Assembly: GCA_046563655.1 (NCBI GenBank)
Contig: CM102290.1
Span: 15,190,001-15,254,000 of the forward strand
Source of the DNA: Yuukianura sp. NJ FZ-2021
Taxonomy: Eukaryota
DNA length: 64,000 nt
Direction: 5' to 3'
Below the pieces are notes generated by a model, which worked only from the letters and a program-made list of their open reading frames with translations, was not told the DNA's origin and did not search any database. Positions 27,481 through 38,915 of the stretch are shown piece after piece. The stretch's first letter is position 1. Every line of letters starts with the position of its first letter. A program made the position numbers and the translations under genes.

Positions 27481-27760
27481 ATTATTGTCGATTTCAGCTG
27501 AGATCGGGGGTGGCGATTCGCTAGGGTTATTGTCGATTTTCAGCTGAGATCGGGGGTGGCGATTCGCTAGGGTTATTGTCGATTTCAGCTGAGATCGGGG
27601 GTGGCGATTCGCTAGGGTTATTGTCGATTTCAGCTGAGATCGGGGGTGGCGATTCGCTAGGGTTATTGTCGATTTCAGCTGAGATCGGGGGTGGCGATTC
27701 GCTAGGGTAATTGTCAATTTCAGCTGAGATCGGGGGTGGCGATTCGCTAGGGTAATTGTT
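27481..27760. repeat. 45-bp minisatellite, about 6 near-identical copies
   Basis: Unit TCAGCTGAGATCGGGGGTGGCGATTCGCTAGGGTTATTGTCGATT, just downstream of the PHRF1 AATAAA. Confidence 0.97.
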
Positions 27761-28180
27761 GTGCGCAGTTAGGCCCTCACGATATTCCGATAAATTCCAA
27801 GTTGAAAGTATTGGGCAGGGAGATTAGAAGTTTGACAAAGTTTTTAGTTTTGCAAAGAAGAAGAAGAGTTTGTTTAAAAATTGACGAGGGCATGACCAAT
27901 TGGTTTGTTTGTTCTTGCAATTTGGGTCCCAATTATGTTGGCTCACAAGAACACGAACGCTTGGAACCACTTTTAAGTGGGCTTTGTGTTTTCCGCTTCA
28001 CTGTAAAAAGTTAAGTTTCAGTTTTAAAACCCAAATCTAAACAAGAACTTTCTTGTTCTAAAAACAAAATTAAACATTTTAAATTTTTTAAAGAGTGTTC
28101 AACATCTTGTAGAACTTGTTTTCTGTCGAAGGAAGTTTTAAACGGAGGAGGATTGGGTGCAGTGACAACTTTTAGAGAAG

Positions 28181-31100
28181 ATGGTTGTGGCGACATTTTG
28201 GGCGACATTTGTCATGTTGAGCCTCCTCGGAATTGAAGTGACCTCTGGTCAGGGCGACACCGTGGTCAACATTCGTGAGTTCATTTTGAGTTTAGATTCA
28301 AATCCGTTTGTCCATCAAAATGGCTGCCTCATGCAACGCATTATTCCGTGGAGACACAAAACACAAACAAAATCAAAAATTTAAAAAGAACCAACTCAAA
28401 ATGGCCTTGCATTTTAGTCGTCGAGGAATCCACGAATAGCATTTTCCCTTTTCCACAATTTTTTTGAAAAATGAAAATATTTTGGACACAAAAGTTGAGG
28501 GACCGATTCAAAAATCCTGACTTTTCTCCTCAAGTTTTTCATTTCACCACTTTGTAGATTCTGGTTTTAAAAAAATGTCCCACTTTTGACATGTTTGAAA
28601 TGATGATTGAAGTTTTGAATTTTCCAGTTTTCATTTACCAAGATGAAGAGTGGAGAAAGTTGTTTGATGAAACCGTGGCCAAGTACTTTTCGCACCATGA
28701 CCAAAGGAATCTCAAAATCAGGGTGGGGAGGGTCCATGCCTTTGATGCCAAGAAGTCCAGCGACTTTGACACGCTAGCCACAGAGTGTAAACATTCAGCA
28801 CAACCTATTTTTATGTAAATAGAATATAACTTTTCATGGTTTTCATAAATATCAATGTTTGTAGTTTGCAAATTCTACGAGGAGGCAATGGGAAGTGATG
28901 CGAAGCCGGACGTGGCCATTGATTTCACGCGAATCGGAACTCCGTCGGAAGCAGTCAAAATGGTTTTGAGAGCAATGCAAATGCCAACAATTGCAGGGAG
29001 TTTTGGACAGGAAGGAGACATCAAGTACTTTCACTCTCAATAATATTACTCTATTTATTTATTATTTTATATTAATTCCCTCTTAGAGAATGGCGTGATT
29101 TGAAGGATGATCAGCATAAGTTTTTGATTCAAATCTCTCCGCCGGCGGACGTTCTCATTCAATCCGTCCGATCGCTTGTAGAGAAGCAAGACATGACGAG
29201 TGCCGTCGTCCTGTTCGACGAGGACCAGTATGGTCAGTACTCCACATTTTCTAAATTTCAAGATTTAAAATTCAAAATTTTAAAATGTTGATTTTTAGAA
29301 ATGTACCACAAGTACAAAGCCCTCCTGCAGAACCTGCCCACTCGTCACCTTCTGACCAAGACAGAAACGAAAGTGGGTGAACTGCGGAAGCAGATTGATC
29401 ACTTGGTTCACGTGGACATTGTCAACTACTTCATCGCTGGAAAAGTGTCGCAGATCACACAAGTTGTCACAGAAGCGAGCAGGGAAAATGTAGAAGATGG
29501 ACCATACTTCAGCGACGAGTTTGCATGGTACTCCATGACCCTGGTAATTCAACACTTAATTGAAATAGTTAATTAAATATTTAATTAGCAAAAGTAATTG
29601 ATAGGTTCCTGGAGAGGAGGAGGTTCCACAGTGTGGTGAATGCGAAGTTGACGTGACGCTCATCCACGTCGTTCCATACGCAGTTCTGGAAATGACTAAC
29701 CCACGCAAAAGGTTCTTGAACCAAACGCTGGGCCCCACCCAAAACGACCCACTCTCACTCTCACACATGTTCTACTTTGACATTGCAGTGGACGCTGTCC
29801 TCGCAATCGGGTGAGACCTTGACCTCGCAAATTAAACACATTTTGAGAGCGGGAAATTGAAAAGTGTGTTTTAAAATTACAGACGCCTGAAGCAGCAGGG
29901 AAAGTACAAGGTGAGTGGTGTGAAGCAGACTTGTGGCTATGACCCCTTGACCAAGAAAGTGAAGGGATACAGTGGAGTGACCTTGGACCTCCTGAAGGAA
30001 TTGAGGAGTGTTGCAGTTGCAGGTCAAAACATGGTGAAGTTGAGGCTGGACAGGGAAGGGAAGCCGGGCAAGAACTACGCCGAGGTCAAAGCCAACATCT
30101 ACCGTCTCGTGTACGACGCCAAGCAGGCAAAGCCCAGGACCAAGGACAGGATCGGCTATTGGACGGCAGATTTCGGATCCACGGAGAGCAGGCAGCTGAG
30201 GATTCAGAATGAAACGCAGCTAGCGGCACACAGGGCCTACACTGTCTTCAGAATAGTCACTGTCGTCGTAAGGGCAAAGGTCAAAGGTCACTCATCATGG
30301 ACTAAACATTTCCTTTTTTTAAAAGCAAGCCCCATTTGTGATGGAATTTGAGAACTGCTCCACCAAGGGGAAGGGGAACAAGTACAAGAACTGTTTCTAT
30401 GGTTACTGCATTGACCTCCTCCACAAGATCACAGAAGATCTCAAGTTCAACTACACGATTCGAGCAGTGGAAGGGTATGGCTACATGAACGACTCTGCAC
30501 CACACAACTGGGACGGAATGGTCCTACAACTGGAGAAGAGGGTACATCTTTTCAAAAGGAATCCAATTTTCTAATCAAATCTAAAACAAAATTTATGTAT
30601 TTTGAAAATTGTCTTTAGAAAGCTGACATCGCTCTTGGTGCGATGTCGGTAATGGCAGAGCGGGAAAGTGTGGTTGACTTCACTGTGCCTTACTATGACC
30701 TCGTAGGAATTTCAATTCTTATGAAAAAACCAAGAGTTCCAACATCACTTTTCAAATTTCTGACCGTACTCGAAAACGAAGTGTGGGGATGCATCTTGGG
30801 AGCATACTTTTTTACCAGGTAGTTTTTGAAAAACTTAAAAGCGTTTACAAAAAAAAAAACCTTTTTTTAAATGTTTCACAAACGTTTATTACAAAAAAAA
30901 ACGTTCCTTAAATGTTTTTAGCTTCATTTAAAAAAAAGCGTTTGTTAAACGCTTATTACAAAAAACGTTTTCTTTAGATTCATTACAAAAAACGTTTCTT
31001 AAAAACGTTTTCTTTAGATTCATTACAAAAAACGTTTTTAAACGCTCTTTTTAGATTTATTACAAAAAACGTTTACAAACGTTTTTTTAGACTCTTATGT

Positions 31101-32599
31101 TTTGAACAGTTTCCTGATGTGGATATTTGACCGTTGGAGTCCTTATAGTTACCAGAACAACCGAGAAAAGTACGAGGACGACGAGGAGAAGCGAGAGTTC
31201 AACCTGAAGGAGTGTCTGTGGTTCTGCATGACTTCCCTGACTCCGCAGGTACTTATACTGCCAGCACATACTGCCAGCACATTGTAGTGGAAGTATTTGT
31301 AGGGTGGAGGTGAGGCTCCGAAGAACCTGTCTGGTCGCCTGGTGGCAGCGACTTGGTGGCTCTTTGGCTTCATCATCATCGCCTCCTACACCGCCAACTT
31401 GGCAGCCTTCTTGACGGTCTCTCGCTTGGACGCTCCAATTGAGTCGCTCGACGATCTGAGCAAGCAGTACAAAATCCAGTACGCTCCTATGCGGGGCAGC
31501 GGAGCTTGGATTTACTTCAACAGAATGAAAAATATAGAGGCACGCTTCCATGAGTAAGATTTTGGAGAGTGAAAGTGTGAAAATTTGTGATTTTGAAGTA
31601 TTTTTGTACTTTTGAGTATTTGGAGGAACATGACGTTGAACGAAAGTCTGAGTGCACTTGAGCGTGCTGAGATTTCTGTGTGGGAGTATCCGGTGAGTGA
31701 CAAGTACACGAGGATGCTTGCAGCGATGGAGGAGAATGACCCACCGTGGAATTTCACATCAGCGATGGAGAAGGTCCGAGCAGTGAACAACGACTCGAGC
31801 AAGGACAGAGATGGATTCGCTTTTCTCGGTGACTTTTTAACGTGGACGGAAGGAATAACTTTGTCACTGTTTAAAAGAATGAAGTGTCAAATTTTTAAAA
31901 TGTAGATGAGGCGACGAACGTGCGATGGCAGACGACGATCAGTTGCGACTTTGACCAGAAGGGGGAGGAGTTTTCTCGGAAGCCGTATGCAATCGCAGTG
32001 CAGAAAGGCTCTCCTTTGAAGGAATCCATTTCACACATGTAAGAATGAGCTAAAAGTTCAAACAGAAAGTGGATTTCCATTTTGAAATGTTTGTCTTTGT
32101 TGAGGATTTTGAAACTGCTGAATCAGCGCACACTGGAGCAACTGAAGGAGAACTGGTGGAGCAACGCCACTTACAAGGTCGTATGTCCAAAAGAGGACAA
32201 CCAGTCTGACGGAATCAGCATTCACAACATTGGTCAGTTTCACTTGTTCCAAATTTTATTTTTGGAATTTTTGAAAAAGTTGTTTGAAAATGTTTTTGAA
32301 ACTGTAGGTGGAGTGTTCATTGTGATTTTTGTGGGGATAGTGATGGCTTGTTTCACTTTGATTTTCGAGTACTGGTGGAACAGGAAGAAGAATCGGACGG
32401 AGGAACTGGGAGACCCACCATCCTCCAACCAATTTACATCCACTGTCCCACCGTCCCCACCGGAAATGGAGAGAGCAAACTTCAACACTCAATACGACAA
32501 GTAAAAGTCACTCTCTTTTTCAGGGTTCAAAATTAATTTGAATCTTTTTGCAGACCACCGGAACGTATTGTGTTGCCATCCGTTGAGAATTGCTGGTAA
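28181..32599 (+). CDS. Ir25a: Ionotropic co-receptor IR25a paralogue 1 (most derived S2), 16 coding exons
   Basis: Signal peptide, ATD ([14 protein letters not shown]), S1 [78 protein letters not shown]4 [11 protein letters not shown]; open through all exons. Confidence 0.93.
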
Positions 32600-33251
32600 A
32601 AAGAAGATCCTGGACTCACTTTTAACTGTTGGAATCTAATCCTTAGTTTGCGGGCTAAAAGTGAAAGTTTAGTTTTGAAATGTTAGTTGAAAGTTAGACT
32701 TTGAATTCATTTGGAGTGAGTAGTGATTCACCCAAATAAATGGAAACATGTACTTTGGAAATAGCATGCTTCAAGTCCACTTGAGTATTTCTACGAAATC
32801 ACAAAAAATGTCAGACTTTCACTTGCGGACGCTACTTTTGGAGGGAAGGGAAGAGAAAGTTGATTTTGTGTGAGTTTAGAGAGACAGAAGTTGGACAAGT
32901 GGAGACATGCTGGGAAGTATTGAATAATTGAAACGATGGACAATTGTGTGGTTTGGTTGTCACTCCGTCACCACCATTTCCTCAAGTGGACATCCGAACT
33001 GGATCCGTTTTTGTAGTTCCTTTAAATCAAACATCCCCACTCACTTTCTCCTCACTTTCCTTCCTTCCCTCAGTCACACTTATTTCACTTTCCAGTTCAA
33101 GCACTGCGGGTCAACAGTTTTTTTAAGGTCATACGTCACTTTTCACAAAAAATTTGGGAGGGTGCTTCTGAATTTGCGAAATTTTGGAACCGGTTAGTTA
33201 CAACGCAAGAGGAAGTTTGAAGCATTGGATTTCTTAACTTCAAATTTCAAA

Positions 33252-36200
33252 ATGCAATTCCCAGCATCACTTTCAGTCGTAGTCACTTCACTCACGTTTG
33301 TCCTCGCAATTGGAGTGACCAGAGCAGCACAAGAAGATGACACAGTTGTCAACATCCGTAAGACTTTTTTCAACGTCGCATTTTAAAATTATTTTCAGCT
33401 AGGAAATCTCAATTGTTCACTTTCTACAATTTGAAAGTTTCAATTTAAAAGAAAAATGGAACGCCAAAGTAGTCTGTTTGAAGGTTTGTGCATTGTGTTT
33501 ATTAAGAATTCAAAGGAAAATGGAATCGTGACTGAAAGTCGGAGAGGAAATTGGGCAGCATATTGGCACATTTCCCAATTTCATCCAAATTGTTCCATGG
33601 AATTTCACTATAATGGCACGAAATTGGACAAGCTCATTCTAGCGTCTCATTTTTTGAAATTCCAATTTAACAAATTTTGAACAAAAAACTTTGAATTCTT
33701 TCAGTTTTCATTTCGCAAGACTTGGAGGGGAAGATGCTATTTGAAGCTGCTCAAAAGTACTTCAAGGACACTCCTAATTTCAAAATCAAAATCGGGAAAG
33801 TTCATTTGTTCGATGCCAACTACAACGACTCTGTCAAACTAACAACCGCATGTAACTTTGTCATTTTGTTTCAAAATTATAAAAATGACTCTAGATTAAA
33901 AGTTGGCCTGTTTTGTAGTTTGCAAGGCGTACGATGATGCGATGACAAGCGGAGACAAGCCGGATGTGGCCATTGATTTTACGAGATCCGGAATTGCGTC
34001 AGAGGGCGTGAAGATTGCACTTGCAGCGATGCAAATGCCAACGATTGCAGCCACTTTTGGACAAGAGGGAGACATCAGGTAAACTTTTAGTTCTTTTAGT
34101 TTTTGAAGTGATGTGTAAAATTTAATTTGTGGACAGAGAGTGGCGTGGGTTGAACGACGCACAGCAAAAGTACTTGATCCAAGTGTCTCCGCCGGCGGAT
34201 GTGCTCATCCAAGCAGTGCGCTCAATCGTCGAGAAACAAAACATGACGAGTGCCGTCGTCATGTTCGACGAACAGCAGTACGGTAAGTCCTCACACTTTC
34301 ACTTTGACCTTTGACCTCAAAAAGTTAAGAATTTGAGTTAAATTGTGAACTTTGTTTAGAAATGTACCACAAGTACAAGTCTCTTCTGCAGAACATGCCG
34401 ACACGCCACCTTCTGACCAAAACGGAAACTGCTCCTGACAAATTGGCCTCGCAAATCGATCGGCTGGTTCACGTGGACATTGTCAACTTTTTCATTGCGG
34501 GGAACACTGAGCAGATCACAGAAGTCATCTCCATTGCGAGCAAGGAGAAGGCCAAGGACGGACCGTATTTTTCTGATGAGTTTGCGTGGTACTCCATGTC
34601 ACTCGTAAGATCCAAACTCACAAATAATTGGACTCCCGCCCTTTCCGTCTAAAACGAAACGGACTTTCCTTTTTTCCGTTTCCGTTTTTTGAATTTTTTT
34701 TGAAACGGTACCTTTCGTTTCGTTTCCGTTTTCGCCAAAAAACAAAACGAAAACGAAAATCAAAAGACGGAAAAACGGAAAGCAGAAAAACCGGAGAAAA
34801 TGTTCCTTTTTTGCGACACCCCGTACTGAAATTTTGGGAAATTAAAAATTAAACTTTAAATTTATAGTTCATCCAAACTATTTTTCCATAGTTGGAATAA
34901 CAAGAAGTGGATTTTTGAAAAGCAGAACATGAAATCTAATTTTTGAAATTTCATTATCAGTCAACCGCTTTACCGTTTTGAAAACGTTTTTCATTCCGTT
35001 TTGCCTCCTACCGTTCCGTTTCGTTTCCGTTTTTAGGAAAAAAAAAACGAAACGCACGACGGCCGCCCTAACAAATACATGAATATTAAAAAGTGAAATG
35101 GAAATGACTTTGAGTTTGTAGGTGCCTGGAGAGTTGAAACTGCCGCAGTGTTCTCTGTGCGACGTGGAAGTGTCGCTGGTCCATCTTGTTCCTGACCCCA
35201 TTCCCATCGGAAACACACGCAAAAACTTCCTCACAGGTCAAATCAAGACGAATGACCTCTCTCTGACTCAGATGTTCTACTTTGACATCGCAGTCGACGC
35301 CATTCTGGCAGTTGCGTAAGTGCATCTCAAAATGTCAAGGTGGCCTTTGACCTTGAGCTGTGTTTGCAGGTCCATGAAGAAGTCGAGCTTGTACAGCCTC
35401 AACAACGACAACAACAGTTGCAAGCTGTATGCGAAGGACAGCAGACTGCCTGCCTACCCCACACTCAAGCTGGACTTGCTGGAGGCATTCCGAACTGCGA
35501 GTGAGGACAACGGAGTGCCGTTTCACTTGGAGGGCAAAACAGGAAGGAACTACCCCGAATTCAGCGTCTCCATCAAGCGACTCACGTACGAACCACACAA
35601 AGCAGCTCCCAAGTCAACAGAGTTCATCGGAAAGTGGACTGCAGGCTTCTCGGAGGGGAATCTCATCCAGTACGACAAGGGCAAGGACTTGGTCGCACAC
35701 ATGGCGCACACTGTCTTCAGAATTGTCACCTACGTCGTAAGTAAGGGGAGTAAATCCGGATTTTTGACGGATTCGGATTCTTCTAAATCCGGATTTCAAA
35801 AAAATGGAACACGGATTTTGACGGATTTTTGAATCCGTTTGAGGGTACAGACAATTGAAAAATTGACGCCAAAAACTGAAAAATTGAGTTTATATAAAAA
35901 AATGTTTTTCAAATTAAGTTAATCAAAAAGTAACATTCCTGAAATCCACTATGAACTTTTTTTGGTACTTGGAGTTTAAAGCCAACGTTGTTCATAATTT
36001 TGAAAAAAAAACTAAACAAATTGTTATTAGGAAATACTATGTGTATTCTAAAATCCGGATTTAAATTCGGATTTTTTTAATAAAAATCCGTCAAAATCCG
36101 AAATCCGGATTTCGAGAAAGACGTGACGGATTTACAACCCTAGTCGTAAGCCAACTCCACTCGCACTTTGGCCTTTGACCTTTCTCTTTTCAGCAACCAC

Positions 36201-38221
36201 CTTTTGTGATGGAACTGAAGAACTGCAACTCGAGTGGGAAGGAAAACAAGTACAACAACTGTTTCTATGGTTACTGCATTGATCTCCTGGAGAAGATCAA
36301 AGCAGAACTCAAGTTCAACTACACCATTCGAGCAGTGACTGATGGCTATGGCTACATGAACGACAGTTATCCACATGAGTGGAACGGAATGGTCAGAGAA
36401 CTCAAGGACAGGGTCAGAAATTTAACAGAAATTTTTAGAAATTTGGTTTGTTTCAAAATGAATTTGAGATTTTCAGAGAGCGGACATTGCCCTTGGTGCG
36501 ATGTCGGTAATGGCAGAGCGGGAAAGTGTGGTTGACTTCACTGTGCCTTACTATGACCTCGTCGGAATTTCAATTCTTATGAAAAAACCGAAAATTCCGA
36601 CGTCACTTTTCAAATTTTTGACGGTCCTTGAAAACGATGTGTGGATGTGCATTTTAGCAGCTTACTTCTTCACAAGGTTCTGCTTCAAACAAACTTTTTA
36701 AAAATTTGTTCTGGTCAACGTTTCAGGAATATTTTCTAAAAAGTTACGTTTTGAACAGCTTGCTGATGTGGATATTTGACCGTTGGAGTCCTTATAGTTA
36801 CCAGAACAACCGAGAAAAGTACGAGGACGACGAGGAGAAGCGAGAGTTCAACCTCAAGGAGTGTCTGTGGTTCTGCATGACTTCCCTGACTCCGCAGGTA
36901 CTTATACTGCCAGCACATACTGCCAGCACATTGTAGTGGAAGTATTTGTAGGGTGGAGGTGAGGCTCCGAAGAACCTGTCTGGTCGCCTGGTGGCAGCGA
37001 CTTGGTGGCTCTTTGGCTTCATCATCATCGCCTCCTACACCGCCAACTTGGCAGCCTTCTTGACGGTCTCTCGCTTGGACGCTCCAATTGAGTCGCTCGA
37101 CGATCTGAGCAAGCAGTACAAAATCCAGTACGCTCCGATGAAGGGCAGTTCAGCCTGGATCTACTTTGACCGCATGGCGCACATCGAACACCGCTTCTAC
37201 GAGTAAGTTCCTCAGAAATGGACTGATGAACTGATGAAATGAACTGATGACTGATGTAGGATTTGGAAGGACATGAGTTTGAATGACAGCATGAGTGACT
37301 TTGAGCGGTCGCAACTCGCAGTGTGGGACTACCCGGTGAGCGACAGATATACGAAGATGTGGCAGGCAATGATGGAGAACAGTCCGCCCGACAACTTTAC
37401 AGAGGCGGTGGATCGAGTGCGAGCTGTGAACCACAACGACTCTTCCAAGGAGAAAGATGGATTTGCGTTTCTCGGTAAGTGTGCGACCGGAAGCGGGAGT
37501 ATAGGAGTCAAAATGACGAAAGACTGTTTGTTGTTTGCAGGAGATGCGACTGACATTCGATTCCAAGTGCTTACAAACTGCGATTTGCAGATGATCGGAG
37601 AAGAGTTTTCTCGCAAACCGTACGCTCTAGCTGTACAGCAGGGCTCGCCACTCAAAGACCAGCTCAACGACGCGTAAACTATTTGCTTGTTTGACCTCAG
37701 CCAGTTCAAAAGTTGAGTTTATTTTTGTGTTTTTAGGATTTTGAAGTTGTTGAACCAGCGTTACTTGGAGCAACTGAAGGAGACGTGGTGGAACGAAAAC
37801 AAGCTGAAGGTGAAATGCGAGAAGGACGACAACCAGTCGGACGGAATCTCCATCCACAACATTGGTCCACTCAATTTCATAATTTTGAAATGTTTTTTGA
37901 ACATGTTTTTGAAAATATTTTGACTGGTAGGTGGTGTGTTTATTGTAATTTTCGTGGGGATTGTGATGGCGTGCATCACTCTTCTGTTCGAGTACTGGTG
38001 GTACAGGAAGCGCGGTGTTGTGCAGGAAATGCGAGAGATGCCACTCCCTCCGTCCAAGGAGTTTGGGGCAACCCCACCCATCGACAAAACAAACTTCAAC
38101 ACTCAATATGAAAAGTAAGCCTTAACTTATTTTCCACTTTTCAGTTTTTAGTTGATTTCTTTTGGTTCTTAGACCAGGAGCAGAGAAGACAAGTTTACCA
38201 TCAATTGACAACGCCTGGTAA
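33252..38221 (+). CDS. Ir25a: Ionotropic co-receptor IR25a paralogue 2 (canonical LBD), 16 coding exons
   Basis: Same exon structure; retains the canonical [20 protein letters not shown] and [38 protein letters not shown]. Confidence 0.96.
34628..35070. mobile_element. hAT-like MITE (AAACG-rich) in intron 5 of IR25a-2
   Basis: Ends in GCCCTA; AAACG/CGTTT subterminal repeats; flanked by ACAAATAA / ACAAATAC (7 of 8); orthologous introns in copies 1 and 3 are only about 60-70 nt. Confidence 0.7.
35742..36142. mobile_element. hAT-like MITE (ATCCGGA-rich) with perfect 8-bp TSD GTCGTAAG at an IR25a-2 exon/intron junction
   Basis: TAAGGGGAGTAAATCCG ... CGGATTTACAACCCTA; GTCGTAAG at 35734-35741 and 36143-36150. 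Confidence 0.9.
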
Positions 38222-38915
38222 AGAATCAGTGGAGTGGCGTAGTTGCTGAAATGAGAATTTAATAAAAATTCCAAGTGTAGTCACCTGGAGTTTAAATTTT
38301 AGCTCATAGCTCTGGTATTAAATCACACTGTACTCTAAAAATTTTAGCTCATTTTTAATTTTTTTAAAAAAATTTTTGCATACTTTTGCAAGTTCAGAAC
38401 CGTCGAGCTTAACTCTCTATCACTTTTCATTACCGAATACCGAGATGAATTTTCATTTTTTTTTTAAAACTTTTGAAATTTTGAAAATTGTTGAGAATTG
38501 GTAAGTTGGTGTTTTTGGTTGGTTGTTTGGCTGTGACCTTTTGACCTTGTGGTGGAAATCCATGTACTTGTTGTTGGCGTGTGAAGAGGCGGAGTAGATA
38601 TTCATATTTCCTTGTCCAAGATGGAAGTGGAAAGTTGGTGGTAAATAATTGATGAACTGTGGACAATGAATTGGTCCTGTCATATCGTGTCAACCCTCCA
38701 GTGGGACACGAACCAAACGGGCACTTAAATCCACAGTCCCACTTCCAACTGCGTCCCACTTTCCCTCTAACCACCAACATCAACTTCACTTTCACAAGGA
38801 CACAACTTTCTCCTCACAACTTTTTTTTGACGCTAACTTCACCGCTCCAAACATTCCAAACTTCAAAATTTGGCACCAACTTTGACATTTAGTGCAAAAC
38901 TTTGGATTTGAGAAA

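Noticed and set aside
27439..27717. 92-aa repeat protein (STITLANRHPRSQLK)n
   Set aside because: By-product of a 45-bp minisatellite; one unit has an indel and there is no gene context.
30835..31090. AAAAACGTTT-rich block in an IR25a-1 intron as a defined element
   Set aside because: Degenerate simple repeat without clear termini or TSD.
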